Positions 1 through 11,634 of a stretch of 64,000 nt of DNA are shown piece after piece. The translations under genes were made by a program, and so were the position numbers. Numbering within the stretch: position 1 is the stretch's first letter; every line of letters starts with the position of its first letter. The stretch comes from Tortispora ganteri (taxonomy: Eukaryota), in the NCBI GenBank assembly GCA_003707115.1, contig PPNB01000003.1, forward strand, positions 558,001 to 622,000, in the 5' to 3' direction. The notes under the pieces were generated by a model. The model was not told where the DNA came from, made no database searches, and saw nothing but the letters and a program-made list of their open reading frames with translations.

Positions 1-2
1 GC

Positions 3-1091
3 GTGGAACAACAAGAGATACCGCAAAAGGACGATTTTGCAGAAAGCGACTCTGAAGGAGAACTTTCTGAATTAGATGAAGAGCAATTTAAGGATGTGGA
101 CTATGATGAAATTGGTTTAGGTGAAGAAGTCTTCTCCTTGAAGAGGCACAAGCGAACTACCGATTCTGCAGCGACGACAACTACATCACAACCACAACGC
201 GCCAAGCAACCGAAAAAGAGGGTCAGGAAAGCAGATTCAGAGGAGCCTGAACCTGCGATAAGGCCTGAATGGGAAAGGAGGCGACTATTGGAAGAACGTA
301 TTGACGCGGCATTAAAACCCGCAGGCAAGAAGAAAAAAAGAAAACTTGACGATGTAGATCTTGAACAACTTCAAGACGAAAAACTTTCAGAGCTTAGAGA
401 TGAGATGCGTCAAGCTGCAATTGCTGATGCCGAAGCTGTAAGAGATGGTCAAGCTGCCACTAATAAATTGAAGTTATTACCTAAAGTTCGTGACCTGCTG
501 CGGCGCCAGAACTTGGCTGATTCAGTATTAGATAATAACTTACTTGAGGCCGTCCGCATGTGGCTTGAGCCTTTACCTGATGCGTCATTACCTGCATACG
601 CTATACAGAAGGAGTTATTCGCCATTCTAGAAAGCCTTCCTATCAAGACCATCCATTTGAGAGAAAGCGGGATCGGGAAGATTATGATATTTTACCAAAG
701 AAGCAAAAGACCACCTCTAGCGATCAAGCACACTGCTGACAGATTGGTCGGAAAATGGAGCAGGCCTATCATTGGAAGATCAGACAATTACAAAGACAAA
801 ATTATTGCCACTGCTAGCTATAACCCGGACAGGTTTGCCGGTTTAGAAGAGGATGTAGCAGGTGCTTCTGGTGAAGCGATTAGACGCAAGAATCGCGCCG
901 CTATTCCTCTCGCAACTGCGTCCACATTCACAGTTGCGCCTAAGTCATCTGTTCATAACATGGATATGGAGCCTGCTTCTAGTACGAACTCAGATTCTCA
1001 GTATCGTCGTTTAAAGCAGATGATGACGAGTGCAAGTAGATCGAAAAGTAAAAAATCTGGGGTCTCAATTGAAGGGCGCGATCTTAATTAA
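3..1091 (+). CDS. SPN1: Transcription elongation factor Spn1/Iws1 (probably 5'-truncated by the window edge)
   Basis: Acidic N-terminus followed by the IWS1/TFIIS-N domain (LDNNLLEAVRMWLEPLPDASLP...LRESGIGK...WSRPII). The track start is GTG at the window edge, so the true start is probably upstream. Confidence 0.92.
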   Translation: MEQQEIPQKDDFAESDSEGELSELDEEQFKDVDYDEIGLGEEVFSLKRHKRTTDSAATTTTSQPQRAKQPKKRVRKADSEEPEPAIRPEWERRRLLEERIDAALKPAGKKKKRKLDDVDLEQLQDEKLSELRDEMRQAAIADAEAVRDGQAATNKLKLLPKVRDLLRRQNLADSVLDNNLLEAVRMWLEPLPDASLPAYAIQKELFAILESLPIKTIHLRESGIGKIMIFYQRSKRPPLAIKHTADRLVGKWSRPIIGRSDNYKDKIIATASYNPDRFAGLEEDVAGASGEAIRRKNRAAIPLATASTFTVAPKSSVHNMDMEPASSTNSDSQYRRLKQMMTSASRSKSKKSGVSIEGRDLN

Positions 1092-1294
1092 ACGGCGCTA
1101 GCGAGTCGATGGAATGTATATTCAATTTTTTATGTTCGCCACATATTTTCCTAACTTTTCTTTATTAATTTTATAAATCAATTTATGGGATTATTTCCTT
1201 TCACGTTTTACCCGGCAAGCTTCGCGCTTAGTGTTGCCGGTTTTTTTACTTCCTTGTATTCTAGCAGCATTTTCTGATCACATGCTTAGTGGGT

Positions 1295-1300
1295 CCTCGG
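1295..1300 (+). promoter_or_regulatory. CCTCGG, candidate FarA/Ctf1/Por1 fatty-acid response element; CCAAT box at 1310-1314
   Basis: Exact CCTCGG about 145 bp upstream of the acyl-CoA synthetase ATG, matching the known fungal fatty-acid-induction core motif. Confidence 0.45.
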
Positions 1301-1442
1301 GGATTTCAACCAATCAGAACTTTCTACCCCGCACAAACTCACCTACAACTTCTACCACTGCCACATAATATAAACTCAACTATATTTCATTATCTTTTTT
1401 ACTATTCCTGTTCTTTTTCCAATTTTTTGGCCATTATCAAGC

Positions 1443-3593
1443 ATGTCCAGCCCCGACGTAAACCCGCGTAATCGTGTTATCAAACCTATTCCTAAAGGTT
1501 CTCCTCAAGGCATACCGATACCACAATCGCAAAAGCCCGGTTATACACCTATATATAGAAGCGCTCGATTCCCCGACCGTCTTTTAAAGACATGGCACCC
1601 TGACGTCACTACACCCCATGATGTGGTGAACAATGCTATAAACCAGAATCGTCACAAGGCCTGTTTCGGACGCAGATTATTTGATGCCAAATCTGGTAAG
1701 TGGGGACCGTATGTGTACGAGTCCTACGACGATCTTGATGTTCAACGTCAACAGCTAGGTTCAGGATTCATTCACATCCTGAAATCTCACGGTCTCCCTA
1801 CTATTCAGGCAAATATTTCTGTTTTTGCTGAAACTAGAGCTGAATGGCTACTCACTGATATCACTTGTTGGGCTTATTCCATGGTTCTAGTATCCCTGTA
1901 TGATGCTCTTGGTGCAGACACCTCGGAGTATATCTTGAATCTGACGGAATCACCTATCTTAGTTGCTTCAATGCACAACATCCCTTCAATTCTTCGCCTT
2001 GGAAAAAGCAAAGTCTCGCATCTTAAAGCTATCGTAGTCATGGAAGATATTTACTCTGAAGACGAACTTGTTAAGTCAAAAGGTGTATATAACCCGACGA
2101 CCCTTTCCAAGCCTGCTTTGCTCAAAGACTGGGTTAACTCTAGTGGATTTGAGCTATACACTTTTAAAGAGGTCATGAATCTTGGTGCCAAGAACCTGGT
2201 TCCAATGATACCTCCTAAGCCAGAACAATTGATGACTATCAATTTTACTTCTGGTACTACTGGAGTTCCAAAAGGTGCCATAATAACTCACGAGAATGTT
2301 CTTGCTGCAGTTTCTGGTACTTTCATTATGGATTCTTCCAGCAACGAGCCCATATATCACCTCAGTTACTTACCTCTTGCTCATATTTATGAGCGCTTGA
2401 GCGCACTTAATGCTCTCAGCTATGGTGGTACAATTGGCTTTTTCCACGGAAATATTGCTGAACTGTTGGATGACATTGTTGCTTTCCGACCCACTACTTT
2501 CCCTAGCGTTCCTAGGCTCCTTCGTCGCTTTGAAGCTGCTATTCGCGCCTCTACTACCGATAGCCCTGGCTTTGCCGGTAAGGTAACACGTAAGGCGTAC
2601 GAAGCCAAGCTTGCCAGATATCGTGAAGATGGAAGTATTACTCATCCTTTCTGGGATAGGCTCTGGAGCAACAAAGTCAAAGCTAAGTTGGGCTTTGATA
2701 GATGCAAGGTTATTATCAGTGGATCTGCTCCGATTTCTCCTGATACTCTTGACTATCTTCGATTGGCACTCGGAATCACTGTACGCGAAGGATTCGGGAT
2801 GACAGAAACTGTTGCTATTGCATGTGTTGCGGAGCCTTATGATCGTGATCCAGGTATTCTCGGAGGTCCTACTCCAAACCTTGAGGTGCGCTTGAGAGAC
2901 GTACCAGAGCTCAATTACTTCTCCTCTGACAAACCATTTGCACGTGGAGAATTGATGATGAGAGGTTACAATGTCATTTCTGGTTACTACAAGGAGCCCA
3001 AGAAGACTGCAGAAGCATTTGATGAAGATGGATTCTTTGCCTCGGGTGACATTGCTAGTATTGATAATCTTGGTCGTATTCACATCATAGATCGAGTTAA
3101 AAATTTCTATAAACTGGCACAGGGTGAATATGTTGCACCGGAGTTTATTGAATCCTCGTTGCTGTCTAAGTGTCCTCTGCTCCAGCAGATTTACATTCAT
3201 GGCGACTCTGATAAGCATTTCCTTGTTGCCGTTATTGGTGTTGAACCTGTTGCTTTTTCGCGCCATATTTCGGATATGTTAATCAAGAAGAACAAGATTA
3301 GCAGCGCAATTGATCCTAATGATATTAAAAAGCTTACAGAAATCTGTAAGGATCGTGACGTGCGCATCTCGTTGCTCCGTACGCTTGACTCTATCTCTAC
3401 CAAGCTCAAATTACAGCCTTATGAGCGCATCAGAAACGCCATTTTGACTGTTGATCCGTTCAATGCTGAGAATGATACGCTTACACCATCTTTAAAATTG
3501 AAGAGACGTGAAGCTGCTAATTTGTTCAAGTCTGAAATTAATCAACTCTATGTTGAAGGACCATTGCTAAGCGCCGAAAAGGCTAAGATGTAA
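1443..3593 (+). CDS. Long-chain fatty acyl-CoA synthetase (FAA2/ACSL-like), probably peroxisomal
   Basis: AMP-binding motif FTSGTTGVPKG, YLPLAHIYE, GFGMTET, GDIASID...IIDRVKN and LTPSLKLKR; ends in AKM, a PTS1-like tripeptide. Confidence 0.92.
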   Translation: MSSPDVNPRNRVIKPIPKGSPQGIPIPQSQKPGYTPIYRSARFPDRLLKTWHPDVTTPHDVVNNAINQNRHKACFGRRLFDAKSGKWGPYVYESYDDLDVQRQQLGSGFIHILKSHGLPTIQANISVFAETRAEWLLTDITCWAYSMVLVSLYDALGADTSEYILNLTESPILVASMHNIPSILRLGKSKVSHLKAIVVMEDIYSEDELVKSKGVYNPTTLSKPALLKDWVNSSGFELYTFKEVMNLGAKNLVPMIPPKPEQLMTINFTSGTTGVPKGAIITHENVLAAVSGTFIMDSSSNEPIYHLSYLPLAHIYERLSALNALSYGGTIGFFHGNIAELLDDIVAFRPTTFPSVPRLLRRFEAAIRASTTDSPGFAGKVTRKAYEAKLARYREDGSITHPFWDRLWSNKVKAKLGFDRCKVIISGSAPISPDTLDYLRLALGITVREGFGMTETVAIACVAEPYDRDPGILGGPTPNLEVRLRDVPELNYFSSDKPFARGELMMRGYNVISGYYKEPKKTAEAFDEDGFFASGDIASIDNLGRIHIIDRVKNFYKLAQGEYVAPEFIESSLLSKCPLLQQIYIHGDSDKHFLVAVIGVEPVAFSRHISDMLIKKNKISSAIDPNDIKKLTEICKDRDVRISLLRTLDSISTKLKLQPYERIRNAILTVDPFNAENDTLTPSLKLKRREAANLFKSEINQLYVEGPLLSAEKAKM

Positions 3594-3818
3594 AGATTCT
3601 GAAATTTTACAAGCTAACGAATATTATTTATATATAGATAGCATTGAAAGAAATACTTTCTAGCTTTATATTTTGTAAATTTGTCTTGTCTTATATTTAG
3701 AACAGTTTTTTCTTGTATCTGTTGCAACTTAACTGCATAATAATATAGTTGTTTATATACCGAAAATAATCATATATAAATTTGCAATACTCCTTAGTTT
3801 CACTGATTGTCTGTCTTA

Positions 3819-5645
3819 TCACACGCGACCTCTCTGTAAGAATTGTACAGGCATTTCCACGTATTTGGATCTGATATACTCTGCAACATTTTTAGCCAAG
3901 AAATCGTAACTAGACGTAGAACTTATTCCTCTGTCCAAATGGTCCTTTAATAGAAAATGAACAGCTCGCAGATTAGGAATCTCGAATCGATCAATCCGTT
4001 TACCTTTGTACTCATCTGGTCCAAGCAGATCCTTGATCTTTTCTACAGTCAGAAAAGATTTGAGCCATTCATACTCGTCATCTGTTCGCACCCAGAGACC
4101 GACATTTGCATCGGATCCCTTGTCTCCAGACCTCCCTAATACTCTCAACCCGATAGGCACGGTTTCAGTTGGACCAAATGAAGCGAGATCGGCGGGATTG
4201 GCAGTCTCATAGGAAGGTTGAAACTCCACGAAAGGTTTAGTCTTTTCTGGTGGAGGTATGTCAATTGATTTATTAGCAAATGGAAGCTGAACACGATGCT
4301 TAACATCAGACTGTGGCATTATAGTAACAAAATATTCCATGTACGGCTTAGGAATCGCAGTTCGAAAATCAGTATGAAATGTCGCACCCGGATATGTACT
4401 CATTATTGTGTCACTGATAGGTCTGAAAAACTTACTCTCAGAAATATCCTCTTTTCTTTTCGCTTGCGCAAATATACGGAAATCAACGGTCGCCGCATTC
4501 TGATTGCGGGGGTTTGGTTCAGCTGAACCCCATGTTTGGAACTTAAGACAATGGAATTTCTCAACATCAAGAATCTGTCGTACTTGGGCCTCCACAAGAG
4601 CAGCCTTTTCTTGAATATCCAGTCCTACAAAAAAATAATGTAACTCTGCCTGATATCCTCCAAGTGCCGATAGTCCTACCTTTGTAGTAGGTGGAGGAGG
4701 AAGAGCAAGTGCGCCTGAGACTTTCACGCGATTAGGACCTAATTGTTCAAACTTGAGATTGCGTAAATCCACACATACATCGGAATTGTAATACAAAGGA
4801 CCTTGGATCTCGTAAACTAACTGAGCAGTGCAAGTATCGACAGATACTAAACCGTTGGTGTTCTCCTGTTTGGTAATTACAAACTCGCCAGATGAGCTTA
4901 TCTCAGCAATAGGAAATCCGATGTTCTCGAACAAATTATTTTTCATAAGTTCCTTGAAGCCAGCATAATTGCCTCCAGTCACATAAGTAGAGCATTCAAT
5001 TAAGTGTCCTGCCACAAAAGAGTGAGCAAGTTGATGGAGATCATCACGGGACCAGTTGTGCCAATAAATGCTACATCCAATCACCGGAGAAGCATCAGCG
5101 ACACGGCCACAAATAACAATATCAGCGCCATTGCGCAACGCCTCGGCAATTCCAAATCCACCTAGGTAACATTGGGCATAGAAAGGCTTAAAATCCCATT
5201 CACTCAGTTTCTCCCCTGTAGACAAATTCGTGAACTCGTGTCCTGATCTCATAGCAGAGTCTACGACATCCCATACTTCATCTCCTTCAACCCAAGCTAC
5301 TTTCATTGAGGAGCCGTACTTCTTCAGTAACTCCATTACTTTTTCGGCTAGCTTTTTAGTGTCGGAGGCGCCAGCATCAACTGCAATCTTAATTCCGTTC
5401 TTGTCTAGGTCCTTGATAGCAGGTTCGAATGCTTCTAGGAATGTTGCCTCAAAGCAGTCTGCATTAGGGTCATTGAATTTTTTATAAGCATCAGAAGTCA
5501 TGTTATATTCTGACATCCAATCTCCGATAATGAAATCAACTTTGTCATTCTTAGCGATATTGGCCATTGCCTGTCTGGTGTCAGTAACAGATCCCGACGC
5601 GCCAGCAATTCTGCAAGGTCTTTTACCGGTTTCTTCAATAGTCAT
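3819..5645 (-). CDS. DUF1446/AtuA (acyclic terpene utilisation) family protein
   Basis: Family motifs RIAGASG, GDWMSE, GADIVICGRVADAS, AGHLIECS, QLVYEIQGPLYYNSDV and RSGDKG..ANVG. Confidence 0.88.
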   Translation of the reverse strand: MTIEETGKRPCRIAGASGSVTDTRQAMANIAKNDKVDFIIGDWMSEYNMTSDAYKKFNDPNADCFEATFLEAFEPAIKDLDKNGIKIAVDAGASDTKKLAEKVMELLKKYGSSMKVAWVEGDEVWDVVDSAMRSGHEFTNLSTGEKLSEWDFKPFYAQCYLGGFGIAEALRNGADIVICGRVADASPVIGCSIYWHNWSRDDLHQLAHSFVAGHLIECSTYVTGGNYAGFKELMKNNLFENIGFPIAEISSSGEFVITKQENTNGLVSVDTCTAQLVYEIQGPLYYNSDVCVDLRNLKFEQLGPNRVKVSGALALPPPPTTKVGLSALGGYQAELHYFFVGLDIQEKAALVEAQVRQILDVEKFHCLKFQTWGSAEPNPRNQNAATVDFRIFAQAKRKEDISESKFFRPISDTIMSTYPGATFHTDFRTAIPKPYMEYFVTIMPQSDVKHRVQLPFANKSIDIPPPEKTKPFVEFQPSYETANPADLASFGPTETVPIGLRVLGRSGDKGSDANVGLWVRTDDEYEWLKSFLTVEKIKDLLGPDEYKGKRIDRFEIPNLRAVHFLLKDHLDRGISSTSSYDFLAKNVAEYIRSKYVEMPVQFLQRGRV

Positions 5646-5775
5646 TGCTGCTGATCCTATACGTTTTTCTTATTATCTGAAATAAATTGCCTTACCAAAA
5701 TGCATTACTGCGATGTATTTATAGTTTGCTCTGTCCATACTAATCATCTTTACTCATTGCGCGGTACAAAGCTTA

Positions 5776-5816
5776 ATCGGGTCGATGTACCCGATAAGCC
5801 CAACCGAAATGTGGGG
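5776..5816. promoter_or_regulatory. Palindromic CGG-N10-CCG Zn2Cys6 site plus a Mig1/CreA-type GTGGGG, upstream of the DUF1446 gene
   Basis: ATCGGGT-cgatgt-ACCCGAT inverted repeat at 5776-5795 and AAAT-GTGGGG ending at 5816. Confidence 0.4.
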
Positions 5817-6301
5817 TTACTCCACATTTCCAAAGAATGTAAATTTCAGGTCAAGAAAAACAACTCTACATACTATTCATCAGCTTTATACATTTGTGAT
5901 ATATTAGCTAATTATATGATCACTCTGTTTTATGCTCTAGTAATCTTATTTTAGCCATCTCTTCCTCTCCTCAGTAAATCTAACCACTGTACCTTTCTTT
6001 ATAAGCAAAGGAGGGTGGATATGTCGTTAAATGGTGTCAATCATCTGTGAATAAGCAAACAGTATAACTTCTATAGTTCATGCATTAAAAAATGGAAAAC
6101 ATACGTATTACGAGAATTGTAAATAATAATCTATATAACGCATCTGAACGATAAGAAGCCTAATATATATGGCCTCAAAACCGAAACAGAGGAAAGACTT
6201 TGGGTATCAACCAGAGAAAAAAAAATAGACTTTAGCCTAAAAGTACAAACTTATTGATCCCGGTAAACGACAGCTGGTATATGGTCGGTAAATCAATAAA
6301 T

Positions 6302-8989
6302 TTATGCGCTCTTCTCGTGTTGAGTAGAGACACGTTGCATAGCGAAGATGAAATCTTCAACGTTACGCTGCTTGGGTTTCTCCTTGAATCCCTTTCCGTG
6401 CATGAAACGATCGAATGCAGCTGAGTCTGACATAAGGTAGTAAAGACCACCGCAGACGCAGAAGACACCGAAAGAGAAAATCCAAACACGTACAACAGTG
6501 ACAATGGAAGTCTGTCCTCCAATAAACCATCCCCAAATACAGAAGCAGGTAGCCAAAATGTCAACAATCAAAATGGCTCCGGACAATTGCCAGGAAGGAA
6601 TAGATGACCAGAAAGGACCGTTAGCACGAGTAACGAAAATCAGCCAATTCTCCGTAAGGGAGATCTCCAAGAATAAGATGGGGTCTTGTTGACCAAAGTT
6701 CTGAATAATACCACGGGTCTTAGTAAACATTGTGGTAAGAGTGATCCAGGTGCCGATAGCCAAAAAGATTCCAAGAATGATGGACATACCCCAGAGACGC
6801 GGCAAGTTCCACTTTACAGGACGAGGAGAGTAGGGAGCATTATCGTAAGCAATAGCCAGAGTAGCAACGTCAGCAAAAATAGCAATGAATACAATCAACT
6901 CAATGTTCATCGAAGTGTTCAAGATAGCAATCCAGAGACCAAGGAAAATTTCCAAATGCAGAGACAAAGCGATACGGTAAACAACGTATGAGTACATACG
7001 GTGGAAAATTTGACGAGAGGTCTTCAAAGCATCAATGATGGCAGAAAGACCGGGAGCCAAGAACACAATATCGGCAGCAGAACGAGCAGCATCAGAAGCA
7101 CCTTCGACAGCAATACCAGTATCGGCACGTTTGAGAGAGGGGGCATCGTTGACACCATCACCTGTCATGGCCACAAGATAACCACGCTGCTGAAGGATTT
7201 CAACTACATTGTACTTGTGTTGAGGGAAAACTTCGGCAAAACCATCAGCACCTTCGACAAAATCGTACACTTCAGAACCGGGCATATCACCTCCACCACC
7301 AAGACCCAGACGTTCAGCATTGTATATATTTGTTCCCAATCCAAGTTGACGAGCAGTTTCACGAGCGATACCGACGGCATCACCAGTAAGCATCTTAATA
7401 GAGAGACCGAGATCCTTAGCTTCATGGACAGTACGAGCAGTATCATGACGAGGAGGATCCATGCAGGGCATAATACCAAGAATTTCCCAGTGACCTTCAC
7501 CGCGCTTGCGAGCAACACCAAGAGAACGGAAACCACGAGAAGCAAATTCAGCGACTTTGTTCTTGTAATCATTAAGAACGTCCTCAGGGATAGGATGATC
7601 TTCCTCAACAGTCTTCAAGACGAAAAGAGGAGCACCCTTAACACAGATGATACGCTCACCTTCAGGGGATTCAACAATAGCAGTAACTTTCTTAGAAACG
7701 GGATCGAAAGGATGGAATTCAATAACTTTGTACTTGGAGAGAGAAGCTTTGGCACGAGGGTAACTCTTCAAAGACTTAAGGAAAGCCTTGTCAATAGCAT
7801 CAAGACCTTTCTTCTTGCGAGAAGCAGCCAAGCAAGCAGTAAGCATGAGGTCATCGGGTTCAACACCTTCAACGGTATAAGGCTCATGAAGCGAAAGTTT
7901 GTTCTTAGTCAAGGTACCGGTTTTATCAGAGCAAAGAATTTCAACACCAGCGAGAGATTCAATAGCAGACAGTTTCTGGACAATAGCTTGCTTCTTAGCG
8001 AGGTAAGCAGCACCGACAGCCATAGTAGTAGTAACGACAGCGGGAAGACCGACAGGGACACCAATAATCGTAATACCAAGGGTGTAACGTAAAATTTCCA
8101 CAATAGGACGACCGCGGTAGAAGCAGGCAACCCAGACAACAAGAAGAGTGACAATAACAAGGACAAGCAAAATAGTACCGATACCGTTAAGAACTTCGGT
8201 GAAGTGACCATGACCACCAGACGCTTTGGATACAAGAGCAGCAGCACGTCCGACGAAAGTAGAATCACCAGTAGCAGTAACAACCATAAAGCCTTCACCT
8301 CGCTTAACGGTAGAGGAGGCATATACACCATCACCCTTATGCTTATCAACAGCCAATGATTCACCGGTAAGAGCAGATTGATCAACTTGCAAGAAAATGT
8401 CCTCACCAACCAAACGGCCATCAGCAGGGATAATAGTACCTTCTTCTATTTGAAGAATATCACCGGGAACAACTTCAGGAGCTTCATACTCACGTATCTG
8501 GCCATTACGAACCAAAACAGCCTTAAGAGCCAATGTCTTCTTCAACTCTTCGACAATAGAACCAGCCTGGAATTCTTGAATAAAACCGACGGCAGCGTTT
8601 AGCAATAGCAAGGCAATAATGACACCAAAATCAACCCAATCCTCAAGACCAGCCGCAAGAATGGCAGCACCCTCCATAACGAACTGGATAGGACCAACAA
8701 AAAACATACAAAACTTAAGGAAAAGATTTTCTTTTTCTTCACTCATTCTGTTCCAACCAAATTTCTTGCGGCGCTGACTAACTTCAGCATCAGTTAAACC
8801 AACACGAGGGTCAGTTTGGAGGAATTCCTCATTCACAGGAGGAGCGGAGGCACCAGCCTCAATGGCTTCCTCCTCAAGATCATGTTGTTCTTCTGATTGA
8901 AGCTCCTCGATCAAAGCATCAATGTCTTCATCGTCTTCTTCTTCCGCCTTCGGGATTTTTTCAGTTGTAGGCAATGTTGAATCAGCCAT
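6302..8989 (-). CDS. PMA1: Plasma membrane H+-ATPase (P-type IIIA)
   Basis: DKTGTLT phosphorylation site, [22 protein letters not shown] and the C-terminal QRVSTQHE regulatory tail. True ATG at 8989 (MADST...); the 34 extra residues in the ORF track lie mostly in intron sequence. Confidence 0.97.
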   Translation of the reverse strand: MADSTLPTTEKIPKAEEEDDEDIDALIEELQSEEQHDLEEEAIEAGASAPPVNEEFLQTDPRVGLTDAEVSQRRKKFGWNRMSEEKENLFLKFCMFFVGPIQFVMEGAAILAAGLEDWVDFGVIIALLLLNAAVGFIQEFQAGSIVEELKKTLALKAVLVRNGQIREYEAPEVVPGDILQIEEGTIIPADGRLVGEDIFLQVDQSALTGESLAVDKHKGDGVYASSTVKRGEGFMVVTATGDSTFVGRAAALVSKASGGHGHFTEVLNGIGTILLVLVIVTLLVVWVACFYRGRPIVEILRYTLGITIIGVPVGLPAVVTTTMAVGAAYLAKKQAIVQKLSAIESLAGVEILCSDKTGTLTKNKLSLHEPYTVEGVEPDDLMLTACLAASRKKKGLDAIDKAFLKSLKSYPRAKASLSKYKVIEFHPFDPVSKKVTAIVESPEGERIICVKGAPLFVLKTVEEDHPIPEDVLNDYKNKVAEFASRGFRSLGVARKRGEGHWEILGIMPCMDPPRHDTARTVHEAKDLGLSIKMLTGDAVGIARETARQLGLGTNIYNAERLGLGGGGDMPGSEVYDFVEGADGFAEVFPQHKYNVVEILQQRGYLVAMTGDGVNDAPSLKRADTGIAVEGASDAARSAADIVFLAPGLSAIIDALKTSRQIFHRMYSYVVYRIALSLHLEIFLGLWIAILNTSMNIELIVFIAIFADVATLAIAYDNAPYSPRPVKWNLPRLWGMSIILGIFLAIGTWITLTTMFTKTRGIIQNFGQQDPILFLEISLTENWLIFVTRANGPFWSSIPSWQLSGAILIVDILATCFCIWGWFIGGQTSIVTVVRVWIFSFGVFCVCGGLYYLMSDSAAFDRFMHGKGFKEKPKQRNVEDFIFAMQRVSTQHEKSA

Positions 8990-8994
8990 TATGT

Positions 8995-10231
8995 CTAAAG
9001 AGAATGTTAGTATTGGAAAGGAACAAAGCAAAAACAGGTCAATGTATGTAAATATGAATAAGCTGAGACAAAAAAGCGAAAAAAGGGCCAATCGGTATTA
9101 AGGGTAAAAAGGGCCGCAATAGTTATTATAAGACCGCAATCATTACCACAAGTAGTTGTAAATGTCAAACCAACTGAAATCAACTCTCAATGTTCATCCA
9201 TTAATTGCAACGCATAAACACCTGATGCTGCTCGAACAAAAAATCGTTAAATCGATCAGCCAAACTCAGCCTGGTTTTGCTATCACTCAGAAAGTGCACA
9301 ATAGACGGCTTAAAAACCTAGCAAAGGGCCTACCATTGAGTAAAAGAGGCTGATAGGAAAGAACGGGCAAAAGGATATATAGGGATCACAGCGACTGATA
9401 AACCCTAGGGGTTTGTCCCAATAAAAAGGATACCCACAGACTTTAAGCCCTTAAGTGCAACATGGAGCGAATCATACAGCAGTGGAAGGCCCCAGCATCT
9501 TATAATCGGTCAGCAAAATAACATACGCACGGTTATTGCCGCGATAAAGACAAAATTCAGTTCGCCAGTGAGCAAAAAAAATAAAGTCCGTCGTTATTTG
9601 CTATCGTGTGAAACAAGCCAATGGTAGGATCCCATTTTATGTCAAAAATGGACACTCCGAATAAAGTTTTCCGAAGGCTAAGATCGCCTACCAATGAGCA
9701 ATGCATTTAACTCCAAAAACATGCTGCAAAAGGAAAAGAGCAAAGATATTCAGCAAAAAAACAAAGACAAAGAAGAGATAAGCTAAGCATTTCATTAAAT
9801 CAGGTACAGATGCCAAGCGAGGATATTATTCACGCACGGTTGTAAGGTCACAACCGAGCAAAGAATTGAAAAAATTTAAATGCCGAGATTAGAGTTGGAA
9901 CTTTCGAAGGCCTGAGGAAGAACAACATTGAACCACATAGGGTAAGAAAAAGCGAAATAAACAATATACTGAGGATTATTTAGCCGAAGAAAATCGAAAG
10001 AAGGTCGAATTGCTTTCATTCAGATGATAAAGGGAGTAAAAGAGGGAAGTTCCACCGAGTAAGAAAGCTACGGAGTCTTCGGAAGACCCATAACAAACGA
10101 AAACAAACAACACAGGCTAACCGATGGAGAAAAGTCACGGAGTTATCTACTAAAGAACAAGCAAAATAGAGGAAAACAAAGCGCAATTTCGCGCTCAAAC
10201 ATATTTACAGACCGGAAAAGAGAATACATAC
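8995..10231 (-). other. Probable spliceosomal intron in the PMA1 5'-UTR (about 1.24 kb)
   Basis: Minus strand: TACTAAC branch point (9012-9006) and TAG acceptor ending at 8995, 5 nt before the ATG. Best donor is AAG|GTATGT at 10231, with TATATAA about 75 bp further upstream; an alternative GTATGT lies at 9526. Confidence 0.65.
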
Positions 10232-11634
10232 CTTTTGCAACTTCGACTAAGGAAAAGCAGAAATGCGAACGGAATATCGAGGTGTGAGCGATAAGCTAGT
10301 AATTTATATAAATTTGGGTAAAGCTACCTAAGCTGGTCAAAATAATATCTATCTTGCCGTACACCGTAAAATAGACAAAAACTCTAAAATATGGCCGAAA
10401 TCATCCATAACCTATACTATTCTAGTTAATAATAAACAAAACTGAAATGTTTCATCCAATAGTGTTGTTGATGTTGTTATAAATCACTCATTAAACTTTT
10501 CGTTACTATGCCAACTTCCTAACAATGCCGTCCAATAACATAGCTTATTTGGCCATCACAACCAATCATGCCTCAATTTATGCTATTATTATCTGCTTCC
10601 GGTGCTACCGAACCTCTTCCTAAAACGATTAATTTCATTTCGCAATTCCTTAGTTCCCTAATTTTCATGCGTCCACGTTACGTCGCCTAATTCAAGCCGC
10701 AAATGGAAACTAACTTATTCTCGGAGATTGGGCTATTCTGCGATCGCCTAAGGGTCTTTTCCCACAAACCGCACTTATTCGTTCCACCTCTAGATACGGA
10801 TAATGTTTGGACAGTCGATAGTTGCAACGCATTGTTTACAGATAGTCAATGTTATTTGTTTTGCTCTTTCCCCTAGAGAAATGCTGCCCAATTCCAACTC
10901 TCCACTCTTCAATAAGCTCGGTGCGATCGCTAAAATAGTAACCGCTAGTTACCACCCCTCATCGACACCTTCAACGCGGGAAACACTAATATATCTCAAA
11001 CTCTGTAATCCCTCTTTCCATGCCTTTACTATAATGCAGGCTCATTAGCATTCTTCTTAATCTTGTCGTTCCTTTTGTGCCATTGCTTGGGCTACTGGGA
11101 TTCGAAATCGGTCTGGAATAGCTACAGTCTTCGCTCATCTCTCAAACTTCAACTAACTTTCCCTGTTGTTACTTAGAGGCATGACTGCCCTAATTTTGTC
11201 TTCCAATTAGAAATAGAATATTTTCCTTCTCGAATATGATAGGACCGAGGGTTATCTTCTGGCACCCTTCCTTTTGCTCGGCTTCCCGGCATAATCACGT
11301 TTGTACCTTAAAACGGCTAATGATTGTTCGACCTAAACGCCATGGATCGCTTTTCTATCGACTTTACCGGCATTTATTAGTCAATTAAGCATGACGAGAT
11401 TCGTTTCACTAAGCAGATGCAGCTTTGTCCCAAAGAAAACTGAGCTGTTTTTTTAAGACCGTATGATACCTATACCATAACAGATGTTTCATCTCAATTA
11501 TGATAACTACACTATTATTTCATTCACTACAATACCGTGACGCATTGATCATATATAAATACTATACTATATCCAGAAAACTATTCTTGTTCACTAGTGT
11601 CATATAGTTGTATTAGCTAAAACGTAGATATGCT

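Noticed and set aside
7001..8092. 363-aa + strand ORF inside PMA1, and similar antisense ORFs such as 2370-3266 and 27584-28105
   Set aside because: Antisense shadows of real genes, expected from codon bias; no recognisable motifs.
8990..9091. Hydrophobic, signal-peptide-like N-terminal extension of PMA1 in the ORF track
   Set aside because: Non-ATG start, and it spans the branch point and acceptor of a 5'-UTR intron.
11085..11125. GGGATTCGAA, resembling a tRNA T-loop on the minus strand
   Set aside because: No pairing T-stem, acceptor stem or A-box could be built.
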